Made by a program: the position numbers and the translations under genes | Source: an uncultured Verrucomicrobiae bacterium | Lineage (GTDB): Bacteria; Verrucomicrobiota; Verrucomicrobiia; Limisphaerales; UBA1096 | Length of the DNA stretch: 64,000 bases | Direction: 5' to 3' | Assembly: GCA_937770485.1 (NCBI GenBank) | Contig: CALJHX010000010.1 | Span: forward strand, 33,901 to 97,900 | Shown here: piece by piece, positions 53,868 through 62,377 of the stretch | Layout of the letters: the number at the start of each line of letters is the position of its first letter | Numbering within the stretch: the stretch's first letter is position 1 | Notes under the pieces: generated by a model | The model's database searches: none | Told to the model about the DNA's origin: nothing | What the model saw: only the letters and a program-made list of their open reading frames with translations

Positions 53868-54060
53868 TTACTTCCTGACTCGACCAAACCAGGCCCCATC
53901 GTCAGCCGTTATTTGCATCGGGCTTTCGCCGTTTACATCGTTCCACTGGCCGTTAACAGTCGGGGCAGACTGCAATGTGCCGTCAAATGTAATCGTCAGC
54001 GGACCGTCAGCGTTATTGACAACGACAACGGCGGTAGGAACTTCCGCCAGCGGAGACAAG
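53868..54060 (-). pseudogene. Orphan C-terminal domain of a lost secreted protein
   Basis: VVNNADGPLTITFDGTLQSAPTVNGQWNDVNGESP...WFGRVRK aligns with the giant protein's C-terminus; hairpin ggtgaagg/ccttcacc at 53830-53852 follows the stop. Confidence 0.75.
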
Positions 54061-54084
54061 CCTTCTGCGATTTTTTGATCACAA

Positions 54085-54163
54085 CCGCTAATCAAAGCCA
54101 CTTTGAACTAAGGAGTCTGTCTACTGGAGCGCTCTGCTTGACTCCGGGCTGCAAATCGCGCTC
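54085..54163 (+). repeat. Decayed copy of the 5' end of the ASPIC/UnbV gene at 62375-62444
   Basis: Same as 32344-32414 with a net 8-bp insertion after ctactg. Confidence 0.85.
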
Positions 54164-54168
54164 GACAC

Positions 54169-54200
54169 AAAAAAGAGGCCGGGCACTTGGCCCGGCCTCT
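54169..54200 (-). terminator. Intrinsic terminator of giant surface-protein gene copy 2
   Basis: Identical to 32420-32451. Confidence 0.85.
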
Positions 54201-54232
54201 GGTGTGTGTTCTCTTTTGGTTATTCAACCAAA

Positions 54233-57200
54233 TTACTCTGTCACGGCTCGTCCGTACTGCTGCGCCTGGTCTGACGGGATCGTCAGCGGGCTTGGTGCAT
54301 CCACATTCTCCCAAGGACCATTCACCGTCGGCGCCGACTGTAGTGTGCCTTCAAATGTGATCGTCACCGTGCCGTCTCCGTTGTTCACAACGCTTAGCGC
54401 CGGTCCATCTCCACCGCCACCACCGCCGGCAGTCCCGAGCAGTTCGATCTCAGCAATCTGCATACAGCAGGTGCTCGCTCCCGCTGTTGTCGGGAAGCTC
54501 AACTCATAGGTCGTGTAGGCCACATCATTTGCGAAGGATACCTCTTGGCGCTCGAAACGAGCTCCAAAGGCTGGAACATCTCCCGAGGCTATCTCGGTAA
54601 AGGTTGCCCCGCCGTCATTGGATCCCGACAACACAAAGGTCGCTGGGTCCCTATCCGGCGCATCATTGGCCGATGTCAGCCCCAAACCGCTCACCACTCC
54701 ACCTCCGGTGGTTATGGTCAAGCCAGATGGGCTGTCATTTGCTCCATCAAAGTTCAGGTACTTCGTTGACGAGTCGTTATCGATCGCAAATCCGGCATGC
54801 TCACCAGCCGGGTGATTATCCGAACTCGGCACAACCGCGTCACCGGCAGCGCTGATGTCAACTGGCCCTTCAACTACCGGTACCCATGGTGAGAGATAAT
54901 CTCCACTGATCGGCAGCGCATCTGGAACAATCGCGTCGCCCGTGGTCCACGCCACTGCAACGTTGTCTCCTCCGCCACCTTCCTTGTTCAGAATCTCGAT
55001 GTAGTAGGCCTTGCCTGCTTCCAACGAAATGAACTCAGAGGTTGCTTCGTCTCCTACCGCCTGATACGCGCGGATCGGCTGCCAACCTGTCTCCTTCGCA
55101 ATCAACACTCGATTGGAGGGACTCTCATCCGTGCTCAACCACAACTGCGAGTTGTCATCCGACGCTATGGCAAACTGATAGTCACCAGTAGCTGGCGGAT
55201 GTAGGAAACCGATCATCTGAACACCGTAGTTGTCCTCCACGTTACCTTCCGGCTTCGTGTTGATATCTCCAGTCTGCGGCCACTCAATGTAACTCACACT
55301 CTCCTCAAAATCAGGAGAATCTGGAAACTTGGAACTAGTAACGAGGTCGTTGAATCCTCCACTGATACCTTGGTACTGACGCACCGAGATGCTTCCTGCC
55401 GCCGTGGCGGGTGCCTTCGTGCCCAGTGTGTAGAGCTCCCATACCGGGATCGTGAAGGTCGTCTCAAGCGTCGTCGTCTCGCCTGCGCTATCCTTAAAGG
55501 TCGCGCTGACTGTGTGCTCGGTACCCGCTTCAATCGCTCCAGTGCCTGCAGAGATCGAGTAAGTCTTACCCGACTGCGTCACACCAGAGAACTGTTTGCT
55601 CCATGTACCCTCAGATGCCGTTGATTCCAACGCGGCACCACCCAGCGAGATCACCACCGAGGCGGCGTCCAGTGTTGTGGCTCCATCTGTCACGTTCAAC
55701 GTCACTGTCGCCTTAGGATCCATCGAGTTGCCTTCGGCAACACTCACCGACGAACTCAGTGCCGACAGAGCCGGTACCGTCACTTTGCCGGCGAAGTACA
55801 TGCCAGGGATCCCTTCCTGATTTCCGGCCGGGACACTGTCTATATCCTCACTCGGCATGCGCCAGCCAACTGTCATCCAGTCGCCTCCACCGCCCTCCTT
55901 CAGGATTGCCTCCATGTAGTACTGCTGTCCTTTCACCAGATCCACCGTGCCCGAAAGGCCTCCGTCGTCCAGCGTGAAGTTTTTGCAGCAACCGTCCTCA
56001 TGGGCCACCTGAACCGCGTTGGCCGGATCCGTATCGGTGCTGAGCCTCAATACGCTAGCGTCATCACTGGCAAGGTAGAACCGGTAGGTACCGCTCTCAG
56101 GCGCCGTCAGGATGCCGCTCATCCGACCACCGTAGTTGTCACGGCCATTACCATCAAACCCGCCGGCCAACGCTGTGCGCGTGTTCCAACTCGATGCAAA
56201 CGTCGCCCCATCCGGTGAATCGGGGTAGCGCGCATCGTTGATCAGGTTGTCAAGGTGTTCCGGGAGATGGCCACCAATGCCGTCCCACCACTCCCATGCG
56301 ACATGATTATCAAATGTGATTGTTCCATCTCCATTGTTAACCGGACGATCCGGCACGCTGATGCTCCAAGCCTTTGAAACCCCATTGTATGAAACATTGG
56401 CCGTCGCCGTTCCACTGGCCAATCCGGTCGCCGTACCTGTGATCGTGATCGTGGTCCCGTCGGTTGACACCTCGGTGGCAACGTCCTGACCGTTCACGCT
56501 CAACTGTGCACCTGTCGCGTCGTCTGCCCTCTTGTAGAGAGTGACAGAGAGCTGCGCTGAACCGTCTGCAGTAGCCGTGTCAGGCGACGCAGAAACAAAG
56601 ATCGGATGAGTCGGCGCCGCAGGAAGGATGCTCCTGTCACCCTCGGCCAGGGCAATGATCTGATCCTCGTCCAGCGCGGAGGCAAACACCGCGAAGTCGT
56701 CAATGACACCCCGCAGACTGTTGTTGCCATTCTGGTCACCACCAATGTTCAGGAAGTTGATGTCGGTCGGCAATGGATTGGTGTTATCTCCATCATGGAA
56801 GAGCTCACCATCAATCCAGATCTCCTTCGCGTCCTCGTTCTTGATGAAGACGTAGTGATGCCACGTATCGAGCATCTCATCCGTCTCGACGTCACCGTCA
56901 ACCCATCCACCGATGTCGGCGGCGTTCGCGTTGATCCGCTGTGTGCCGCCATCGCAACAACCGGCTGTGTCCCAGTAAATCTCGCCGTTGCTCCACGGTA
57001 CGTGGGCCTGCATCGCACGACCCGGTTCCGCCCAGAAACTAGACGTGCTCGGGATCGAGTAGTTCTTCTGCCAGAACGCCACCGTCACCGTGTTCACAGA
57101 TGAAGCAATGTTCAAAAACTCACCAGCGGCAACATGCACATGCTGGTTGCCTCCAGCGGTGAAGTCCATCGCCATTCCATCATGCGCGTCATCGGTAAAT

Positions 57201-60200
57201 GCTGCGTCGTTGCGCAGTTCACCCACCAACCCGTACACACTGTCGATCGTTGTTCCACTTCCCATGTCCAGGTTGAAATCCCAGAACCCTATCGGGTTGG
57301 GGCCATCACCAAGTTCATCATGACCAAAGTAGCTCCACGATTTACTCTCTCCATTCCAGGACAGCGTCACGTTAACCATTCCCTTCGCTCCTCCCGGATT
57401 GGCTGTGATCGTCGTGGTGCCCCCATCAGTCGCCAGCGTGTGATCTACCACAGCACCATTGACCGAGACTGACACTTCCGTAAAGGCCACTCCACGGTTA
57501 TTGAACGTCGCCGAAATGCTCGCTGTATCTGCAATCGCCGCCCCAGAGGGTCCGTTCGAGTTCAGGATCGGTGTACGCGGACCGTCCAGTACTGAGGAGT
57601 ACGGCGAGAGGTAATCACTTGAAATCGGCAGCGCACCAGGCTCAGGGGCTGACGGACCATCTTCGGGCAGGCTCCACGCCACCGCCAGGTTGTCTCCGCC
57701 GCCGCCTTCATTCACAAAGGCCTCAATGAAGTACACCTGACCCGCTTCCAGGAAGATCTCCGACGAGGTCGTCTCCGCCCGGTAGTCCCGTACTGGCTGC
57801 CAACCACCCTGGCTGGCTATCAACTTCGCGTTGGCCGGACTCTCGTCGGTCGACAACCACAACTGCCCGTTGTCGTCGCACGCCAGTGCAAAGATATACT
57901 CACCGGTCTCCGGCGGGTAAATGTAGCCCATCATGTGCGTACCGTAGTTGTCACGAACGTTCCCTGCCGGTGGCACCTCAATGTCTCCACTGGCTGGCCA
58001 CTCAAAGTAAGTCCCCAACGTGCTCACATCCGGTGAATCCGGGAAATTGGCAGCACCCATGAGTTGGGCAATGCTAGTCCCACCTACACCGTGATACTCG
58101 CGAATACTGATCAAACCCTCCGGCTCGGCCGGCACATCACCCGAACGGGCGTACAATCCCGGCACTTCGAAACTCCACTCGGTCGCACGGGTAATCCCGT
58201 TGGATTCCTCAAACGACAAAGAAGCCGTGTGCGCTCCCACCGGAAGCGAATCCGGCGAGTAGCTGATCGTCACGATGTCTCCACTCTTGGACACACTCGC
58301 GTCAACCGCTTCGCCGTTCAGGCTCAACACCACCGTGTCCTGCTTGACCGTCGTGTCCTCATTCTGAACCGTAACTACTACCTCAGAACTCTTGACCATC
58401 GTGTCTCCGGGGGTCGGCGATACCGACAACACCTTCGCACGACCAGTCGTTGCTCGTACCGTCGTGCTCTCATCCACAACCGCACCCTTGATCGTGTAGG
58501 CCTTGATCGAGCCCTCCACATCCGGGTCGTTGATCAGCGTCTTCTCGCCGTTCACATATGAGAATATCTCAATGTTGGCTCCACCGCCGCCTTCCCACCA
58601 CGCCACGCGATAGGGATACAGTCCCGGCTTGTCCACAAAGATCTCAAAGTTCGTGTCCGAAGCTCCCCGGCCTCCATTAAACATGCCGACCGTCTGCGCC
58701 AGTAGATCACCAAAGTTGGCTCCAAACGATGCGTTGAACCCGTCATCCGAGTTCACTCCAAACTTGTACGCACCACGTTCCAACTCCAGCAGCGCGATGT
58801 ACTCAGAGGCGATACCGTCGGTCGAGTCACCCCAGCCAGGGATGCCTGTAATTGGCTCGTCCTCGTATCCGTTGTCCGCGTTGAAGTTGCCCACCGCACC
58901 CGGTGCATCCTGGTTCTGGTTCACCACCTGAACAATCTCAGGATAGTAGCTCCAGCCCTCAAACGAATCCATGTCCGCCTCGTTCAGGTACTGCTCCTCC
59001 GTGTCCACATCGATGTAACCACCGTTAATCTGTTTCTCAGCGTTTACCCACTGATTGCCGTGCAGTTCGCCCACGTCCATCTGCCCCACCGAGATCTGCG
59101 TCGCGTAAACCAGGAATCCTGACTCACCCTTCATCGAGTCCGGCAGCGCTACAGTGGTATCAATCGATGTGTAAGGCTTGACCGTGAATTCCTTCTCCAG
59201 CTTCGTGCTGTTTCCGTTTGTATCCGTCACAGACACTTTTACGATATGTACTGAGTCCGCGGCCAGCAGTTCTGCCGACTCATACGAGACTGCCGTCACC
59301 CCTTCGGCCTTCGACTTTGTCACATCGACATCCGCCCCGTCAAAGTTCACCGCGATGCTCTCTGGATCCACAGTGGCTCCATCAACATCCTTTACCTGAA
59401 AACTAAACCCAACTGCATTGGACACCATTCCGGCCAACCTGGGTTTCGGAATCGCTCCTCCTGCAGAAATAGTAACGAGAGCCTTGCCGTCCCCACCATT
59501 CCAGATCGAGGCAATCTCATCCTCCGTGATCGGGCGATCCCATACTCCGACATCGTCTATCATGCCGTGCCAGGTCCTGCCCCGTGCATCGGGGTTATCC
59601 CCTATCATCATCGGGAAATCATTGCTTTCAATGCTGGGTGCGCCTGCGGTTCCTTCAATCTCTCCGTCAACATAAAAACGCACCTCGCCGCCGTCCGGAT
59701 CGCTCACCAATACAATGTGGTGAATCGCCCCATCACTGACATCGGTAGTGCCCTGTGAGACATCTCCGCTGCCTCCGTTGGCTGTAAAGACACTCTCTCC
59801 ACCACGACGGTGCACGCGCCACCTGTTGCCTTCGCCCTTGGCAATCAACGCCTGCCAGCTCTTGCCGAAGGAATCAACAGTGAACCAAGCCGAGATTGAA
59901 AAGCCGGTGCCATCCTGAAAATCAAACATCTCCTCGTTCTCAACCGGTGTCTCTACAAACTGGTCGACACCGTCAAGGGCGATGCCTTGTCCAAACTGCC
60001 CATCAGCGTAGGAAATCTCTTCACCACCCTGACCGGTACCGTGACTGTCACCAACGGCGTCATCCAGATCGCCGTCGAATGGCCAGTAGGCTATCAAACC
60101 AGGTACTGTCTCGACTGGTCCACCGCTTCCTTCCTCAAGAACGATCTTAAAGTTGTCGATGAATTGATTGGCATTGGCTCCGCCTGTCCGTCCCCCGATG

Positions 60201-62077
60201 GCGATCCGTGCATTTTCAATGGACTCGAAGTCCGGAATGTTGACTGCGTCATGAATTAATTCGCCATTGTAGGAAATCGTAAGGTCTCCGTCAGGAGTCA
60301 GCTCCATTTCCACCGGCCACCAACCTTCGGTATCCAATGTGGATTCGTCCTGAGTCCCCATCGGCACGGTAGCCACTATCTCTTTCCCCCATTTTATGTC
60401 GATCGCGGGTCCTTCCGCAGCGCCATTATCCCAGTTGTCGAAACAGATTATCAGCTTTGAACCTCCTGCCCCAGGACCCTCCTCGCCGAATGCCTCAACC
60501 GCATCAAAATCATCGGAAATCGACATGCTCAGACCATCGGCCTGGGTGTCCGTTCCACCGTCAATCAAAATGTCGAAAGTTATTTTGAATTTATCGACTG
60601 TTCCGATGTCCTCACTGAGCCATCCACCTAATTGACTATTTTCAGCTCGCGTTATAACCAAAGCCCCGCTGTCATCAACTCCTTCGTCCTCACTGTGCTC
60701 TGCACTCCCGGCTACCTCTGATCCGTCCGGCAAGCCACCGTTGAAATCCCATGTCACACTTCTTTCCGGCGTACCGGAAGAAGTTTGACGAATGATCAAG
60801 CCACTAACACCACCGGTGTTGTCTTCCAGGTGCATATACCAGAGAGGTTCACCCGCTCCCACATTCACCTCGACTGTGGCACTGCCCTGAGCGAAGTTGC
60901 CCGTGTTCTCTTCTTCAGGCTCTTCACCGGTCCAGATCTTGGCAACCTGATTGTCATCCGTCGTCCGGCCTTCGAAAACCGTAACCTTGTAGCTGCCTGC
61001 TGGCAGACCATCAAATCGCATGCGTGCTGTGGTTCCGGCTGTATCGGCAATCTTGAAGAAGTAATCATTGCGAGCCTCCTGCGGCACGACTACCCCATCG
61101 TATTCAGCTCCCTCGCCTGGCTGGGCAGGGTTGTTTGGGTTAAATCCATCGTCGAGCGCGGTCAGCGTAGCGCCGCCTCCCAAATCTACAGTTTCATCCA
61201 TCACGAGGTTGTCGAACGTGATCCACGGGTCTGGTGACGCGCCGGCTGAATTAGCGGCTGCGCCGCCGAAGTCGATGAGAAAACTTGCTAGCGGAGCATT
61301 TTGGGCGGGGATTCCACCACTGTTCAACGAACCTACCTCATCCGCACTAAGGGCACGGTCCCATATGGCTACGTCATCGATCACACCGGTCACCCAGTGC
61401 GACGCATTGTCACGTAAAATTCCGCCTATTGTTGTCGCGTTTATGTCGTCCCAACCAGATTCTGGCTTCGCTGCAATCTCCAAATCATCGAGTACTCCGT
61501 CGACATAAATGCTACGCTCGAGATCCTCCTGCACAAACACCACGTGATGCCAATCACCATCAAACGGTTCCGCGGTAGAGAAAATGTGGCCGACCGTCGG
61601 CCCTGCCCCACGGATGTAAATATCGATTGTTCCATCCGAACCGTTATTCTTGGTTCCAATATTAAACAAAGGGGTATTATTACCCTCTGTATTGGACTCG
61701 GAAAATACGCGCAGATCGCTCTGGCCATTCCCGTCCAACTGGGACCAGAACGAAATGGTGAACGAATCATTCTTGTTCGCCGGTAGGGCATCCCCCTCCT
61801 CGTTCTTGCGCCACAGAAGTGTCTGATCGGCATTAGAAAAGGAAATCGCATTTCCGTAAATGCCCTCCACTACATTGTCAGCGGTCATGTTGTCGACGTT
61901 CATGTCGTAGCCGCTCACCACGTCAGGCGTGGTTTCACCGTTTATCTCATCCAGCGGCCAATGGGCCACCAGACCTTCCGTAAGTTGCGCATTCACGCTG
62001 GCGATGCCAACGAACATGAATGCCGTCAACATTCCCGCTGCGATAAAGCGACGGGCCGTCATTAGTTTCTTAATCAT
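54233..62077 (-). CDS. Giant (2614 aa) secreted LamG/L-lectin/PA14/discoidin-like multidomain surface protein, copy 2 (intact)
   Basis: Sec signal MIKKLMTARR...VNA|Q; three LamG-like (WPLDE/WPFDG/FWDFN...IDD.A), four PA14-like (SDD/CDD...EGGGG), Ig-like spacers, F5/8C-like AIDNDSSTKYLNF, Gly linker and C-terminal domain; very acidic. Confidence 0.9.
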   Translation of the reverse strand: MIKKLMTARRFIAAGMLTAFMFVGIASVNAQLTEGLVAHWPLDEINGETTPDVVSGYDMNVDNMTADNVVEGIYGNAISFSNADQTLLWRKNEEGDALPANKNDSFTISFWSQLDGNGQSDLRVFSESNTEGNNTPLFNIGTKNNGSDGTIDIYIRGAGPTVGHIFSTAEPFDGDWHHVVFVQEDLERSIYVDGVLDDLEIAAKPESGWDDINATTIGGILRDNASHWVTGVIDDVAIWDRALSADEVGSLNSGGIPAQNAPLASFLIDFGGAAANSAGASPDPWITFDNLVMDETVDLGGGATLTALDDGFNPNNPAQPGEGAEYDGVVVPQEARNDYFFKIADTAGTTARMRFDGLPAGSYKVTVFEGRTTDDNQVAKIWTGEEPEEENTGNFAQGSATVEVNVGAGEPLWYMHLEDNTGGVSGLIIRQTSSGTPERSVTWDFNGGLPDGSEVAGSAEHSEDEGVDDSGALVITRAENSQLGGWLSEDIGTVDKFKITFDILIDGGTDTQADGLSMSISDDFDAVEAFGEEGPGAGGSKLIICFDNWDNGAAEGPAIDIKWGKEIVATVPMGTQDESTLDTEGWWPVEMELTPDGDLTISYNGELIHDAVNIPDFESIENARIAIGGRTGGANANQFIDNFKIVLEEGSGGPVETVPGLIAYWPFDGDLDDAVGDSHGTGQGGEEISYADGQFGQGIALDGVDQFVETPVENEEMFDFQDGTGFSISAWFTVDSFGKSWQALIAKGEGNRWRVHRRGGESVFTANGGSGDVSQGTTDVSDGAIHHIVLVSDPDGGEVRFYVDGEIEGTAGAPSIESNDFPMMIGDNPDARGRTWHGMIDDVGVWDRPITEDEIASIWNGGDGKALVTISAGGAIPKPRLAGMVSNAVGFSFQVKDVDGATVDPESIAVNFDGADVDVTKSKAEGVTAVSYESAELLAADSVHIVKVSVTDTNGNSTKLEKEFTVKPYTSIDTTVALPDSMKGESGFLVYATQISVGQMDVGELHGNQWVNAEKQINGGYIDVDTEEQYLNEADMDSFEGWSYYPEIVQVVNQNQDAPGAVGNFNADNGYEDEPITGIPGWGDSTDGIASEYIALLELERGAYKFGVNSDDGFNASFGANFGDLLAQTVGMFNGGRGASDTNFEIFVDKPGLYPYRVAWWEGGGGANIEIFSYVNGEKTLINDPDVEGSIKAYTIKGAVVDESTTVRATTGRAKVLSVSPTPGDTMVKSSEVVVTVQNEDTTVKQDTVVLSLNGEAVDASVSKSGDIVTISYSPDSLPVGAHTASLSFEESNGITRATEWSFEVPGLYARSGDVPAEPEGLISIREYHGVGGTSIAQLMGAANFPDSPDVSTLGTYFEWPASGDIEVPPAGNVRDNYGTHMMGYIYPPETGEYIFALACDDNGQLWLSTDESPANAKLIASQGGWQPVRDYRAETTSSEIFLEAGQVYFIEAFVNEGGGGDNLAVAWSLPEDGPSAPEPGALPISSDYLSPYSSVLDGPRTPILNSNGPSGAAIADTASISATFNNRGVAFTEVSVSVNGAVVDHTLATDGGTTTITANPGGAKGMVNVTLSWNGESKSWSYFGHDELGDGPNPIGFWDFNLDMGSGTTIDSVYGLVGELRNDAAFTDDAHDGMAMDFTAGGNQHVHVAAGEFLNIASSVNTVTVAFWQKNYSIPSTSSFWAEPGRAMQAHVPWSNGEIYWDTAGCCDGGTQRINANAADIGGWVDGDVETDEMLDTWHHYVFIKNEDAKEIWIDGELFHDGDNTNPLPTDINFLNIGGDQNGNNSLRGVIDDFAVFASALDEDQIIALAEGDRSILPAAPTHPIFVSASPDTATADGSAQLSVTLYKRADDATGAQLSVNGQDVATEVSTDGTTITITGTATGLASGTATANVSYNGVSKAWSISVPDRPVNNGDGTITFDNHVAWEWWDGIGGHLPEHLDNLINDARYPDSPDGATFASSWNTRTALAGGFDGNGRDNYGGRMSGILTAPESGTYRFYLASDDASVLRLSTDTDPANAVQVAHEDGCCKNFTLDDGGLSGTVDLVKGQQYYMEAILKEGGGGDWMTVGWRMPSEDIDSVPAGNQEGIPGMYFAGKVTVPALSALSSSVSVAEGNSMDPKATVTLNVTDGATTLDAASVVISLGGAALESTASEGTWSKQFSGVTQSGKTYSISAGTGAIEAGTEHTVSATFKDSAGETTTLETTFTIPVWELYTLGTKAPATAAGSISVRQYQGISGGFNDLVTSSKFPDSPDFEESVSYIEWPQTGDINTKPEGNVEDNYGVQMIGFLHPPATGDYQFAIASDDNSQLWLSTDESPSNRVLIAKETGWQPIRAYQAVGDEATSEFISLEAGKAYYIEILNKEGGGGDNVAVAWTTGDAIVPDALPISGDYLSPWVPVVEGPVDISAAGDAVVPSSDNHPAGEHAGFAIDNDSSTKYLNFDGANDSPSGLTITTGGGVVSGLGLTSANDAPDRDPATFVLSGSNDGGATFTEIASGDVPAFGARFERQEVSFANDVAYTTYELSFPTTAGASTCCMQIAEIELLGTAGGGGGGDGPALSVVNNGDGTVTITFEGTLQSAPTVNGPWENVDAPSPLTIPSDQAQQYGRAVTE

Positions 62078-62377
62078 GGTTTGGTTATAGTTTGGGGTTG
62101 TTTTAGGTTTAATAAGTTAACTTCTGAAAAATAAAAATCACAGGTTGTTTGTATATTAACTTGTTCAAAAAAATATAATTTTTCTTTTAAAGTTCGATCT
62201 ACAATACTTTGAGAGACGGGTTGATATCGAAAAGAGGGTGTTACCTCAAGCTTTTTTTGAAAAAAAATTATTCACATGTTGTTCTCATTTTTCGGTTTTT
62301 ATGAACCATCAGACTATCTCGCTGCCTCACTGCAGGCATTGACAATTCCTCTCCAATGCCCGACGAATTCCCAGCCG
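62078..62377. promoter_or_regulatory. AT-rich divergent promoter region
   Basis: Between divergent ATGs at 62077 (-) and 62378 (+); homologous to 40415-40698. Confidence 0.65.

Larger units (their letters stand above)
54082..60767. repeat. ~6.7 kb direct repeat, copy 2 (partner 32341-39018)
   Basis: As copy 1; identity ends at ...cacttctttcc (39018/60767). Confidence 0.97.

Noticed and set aside
32484-62077. Diversity-generating retroelement or shufflon behind the paired genes
   Set aside because: No reverse transcriptase or site-specific recombinase in the window; differences are whole-domain replacements rather than adenine-specific changes; repeats are direct, not inverted.
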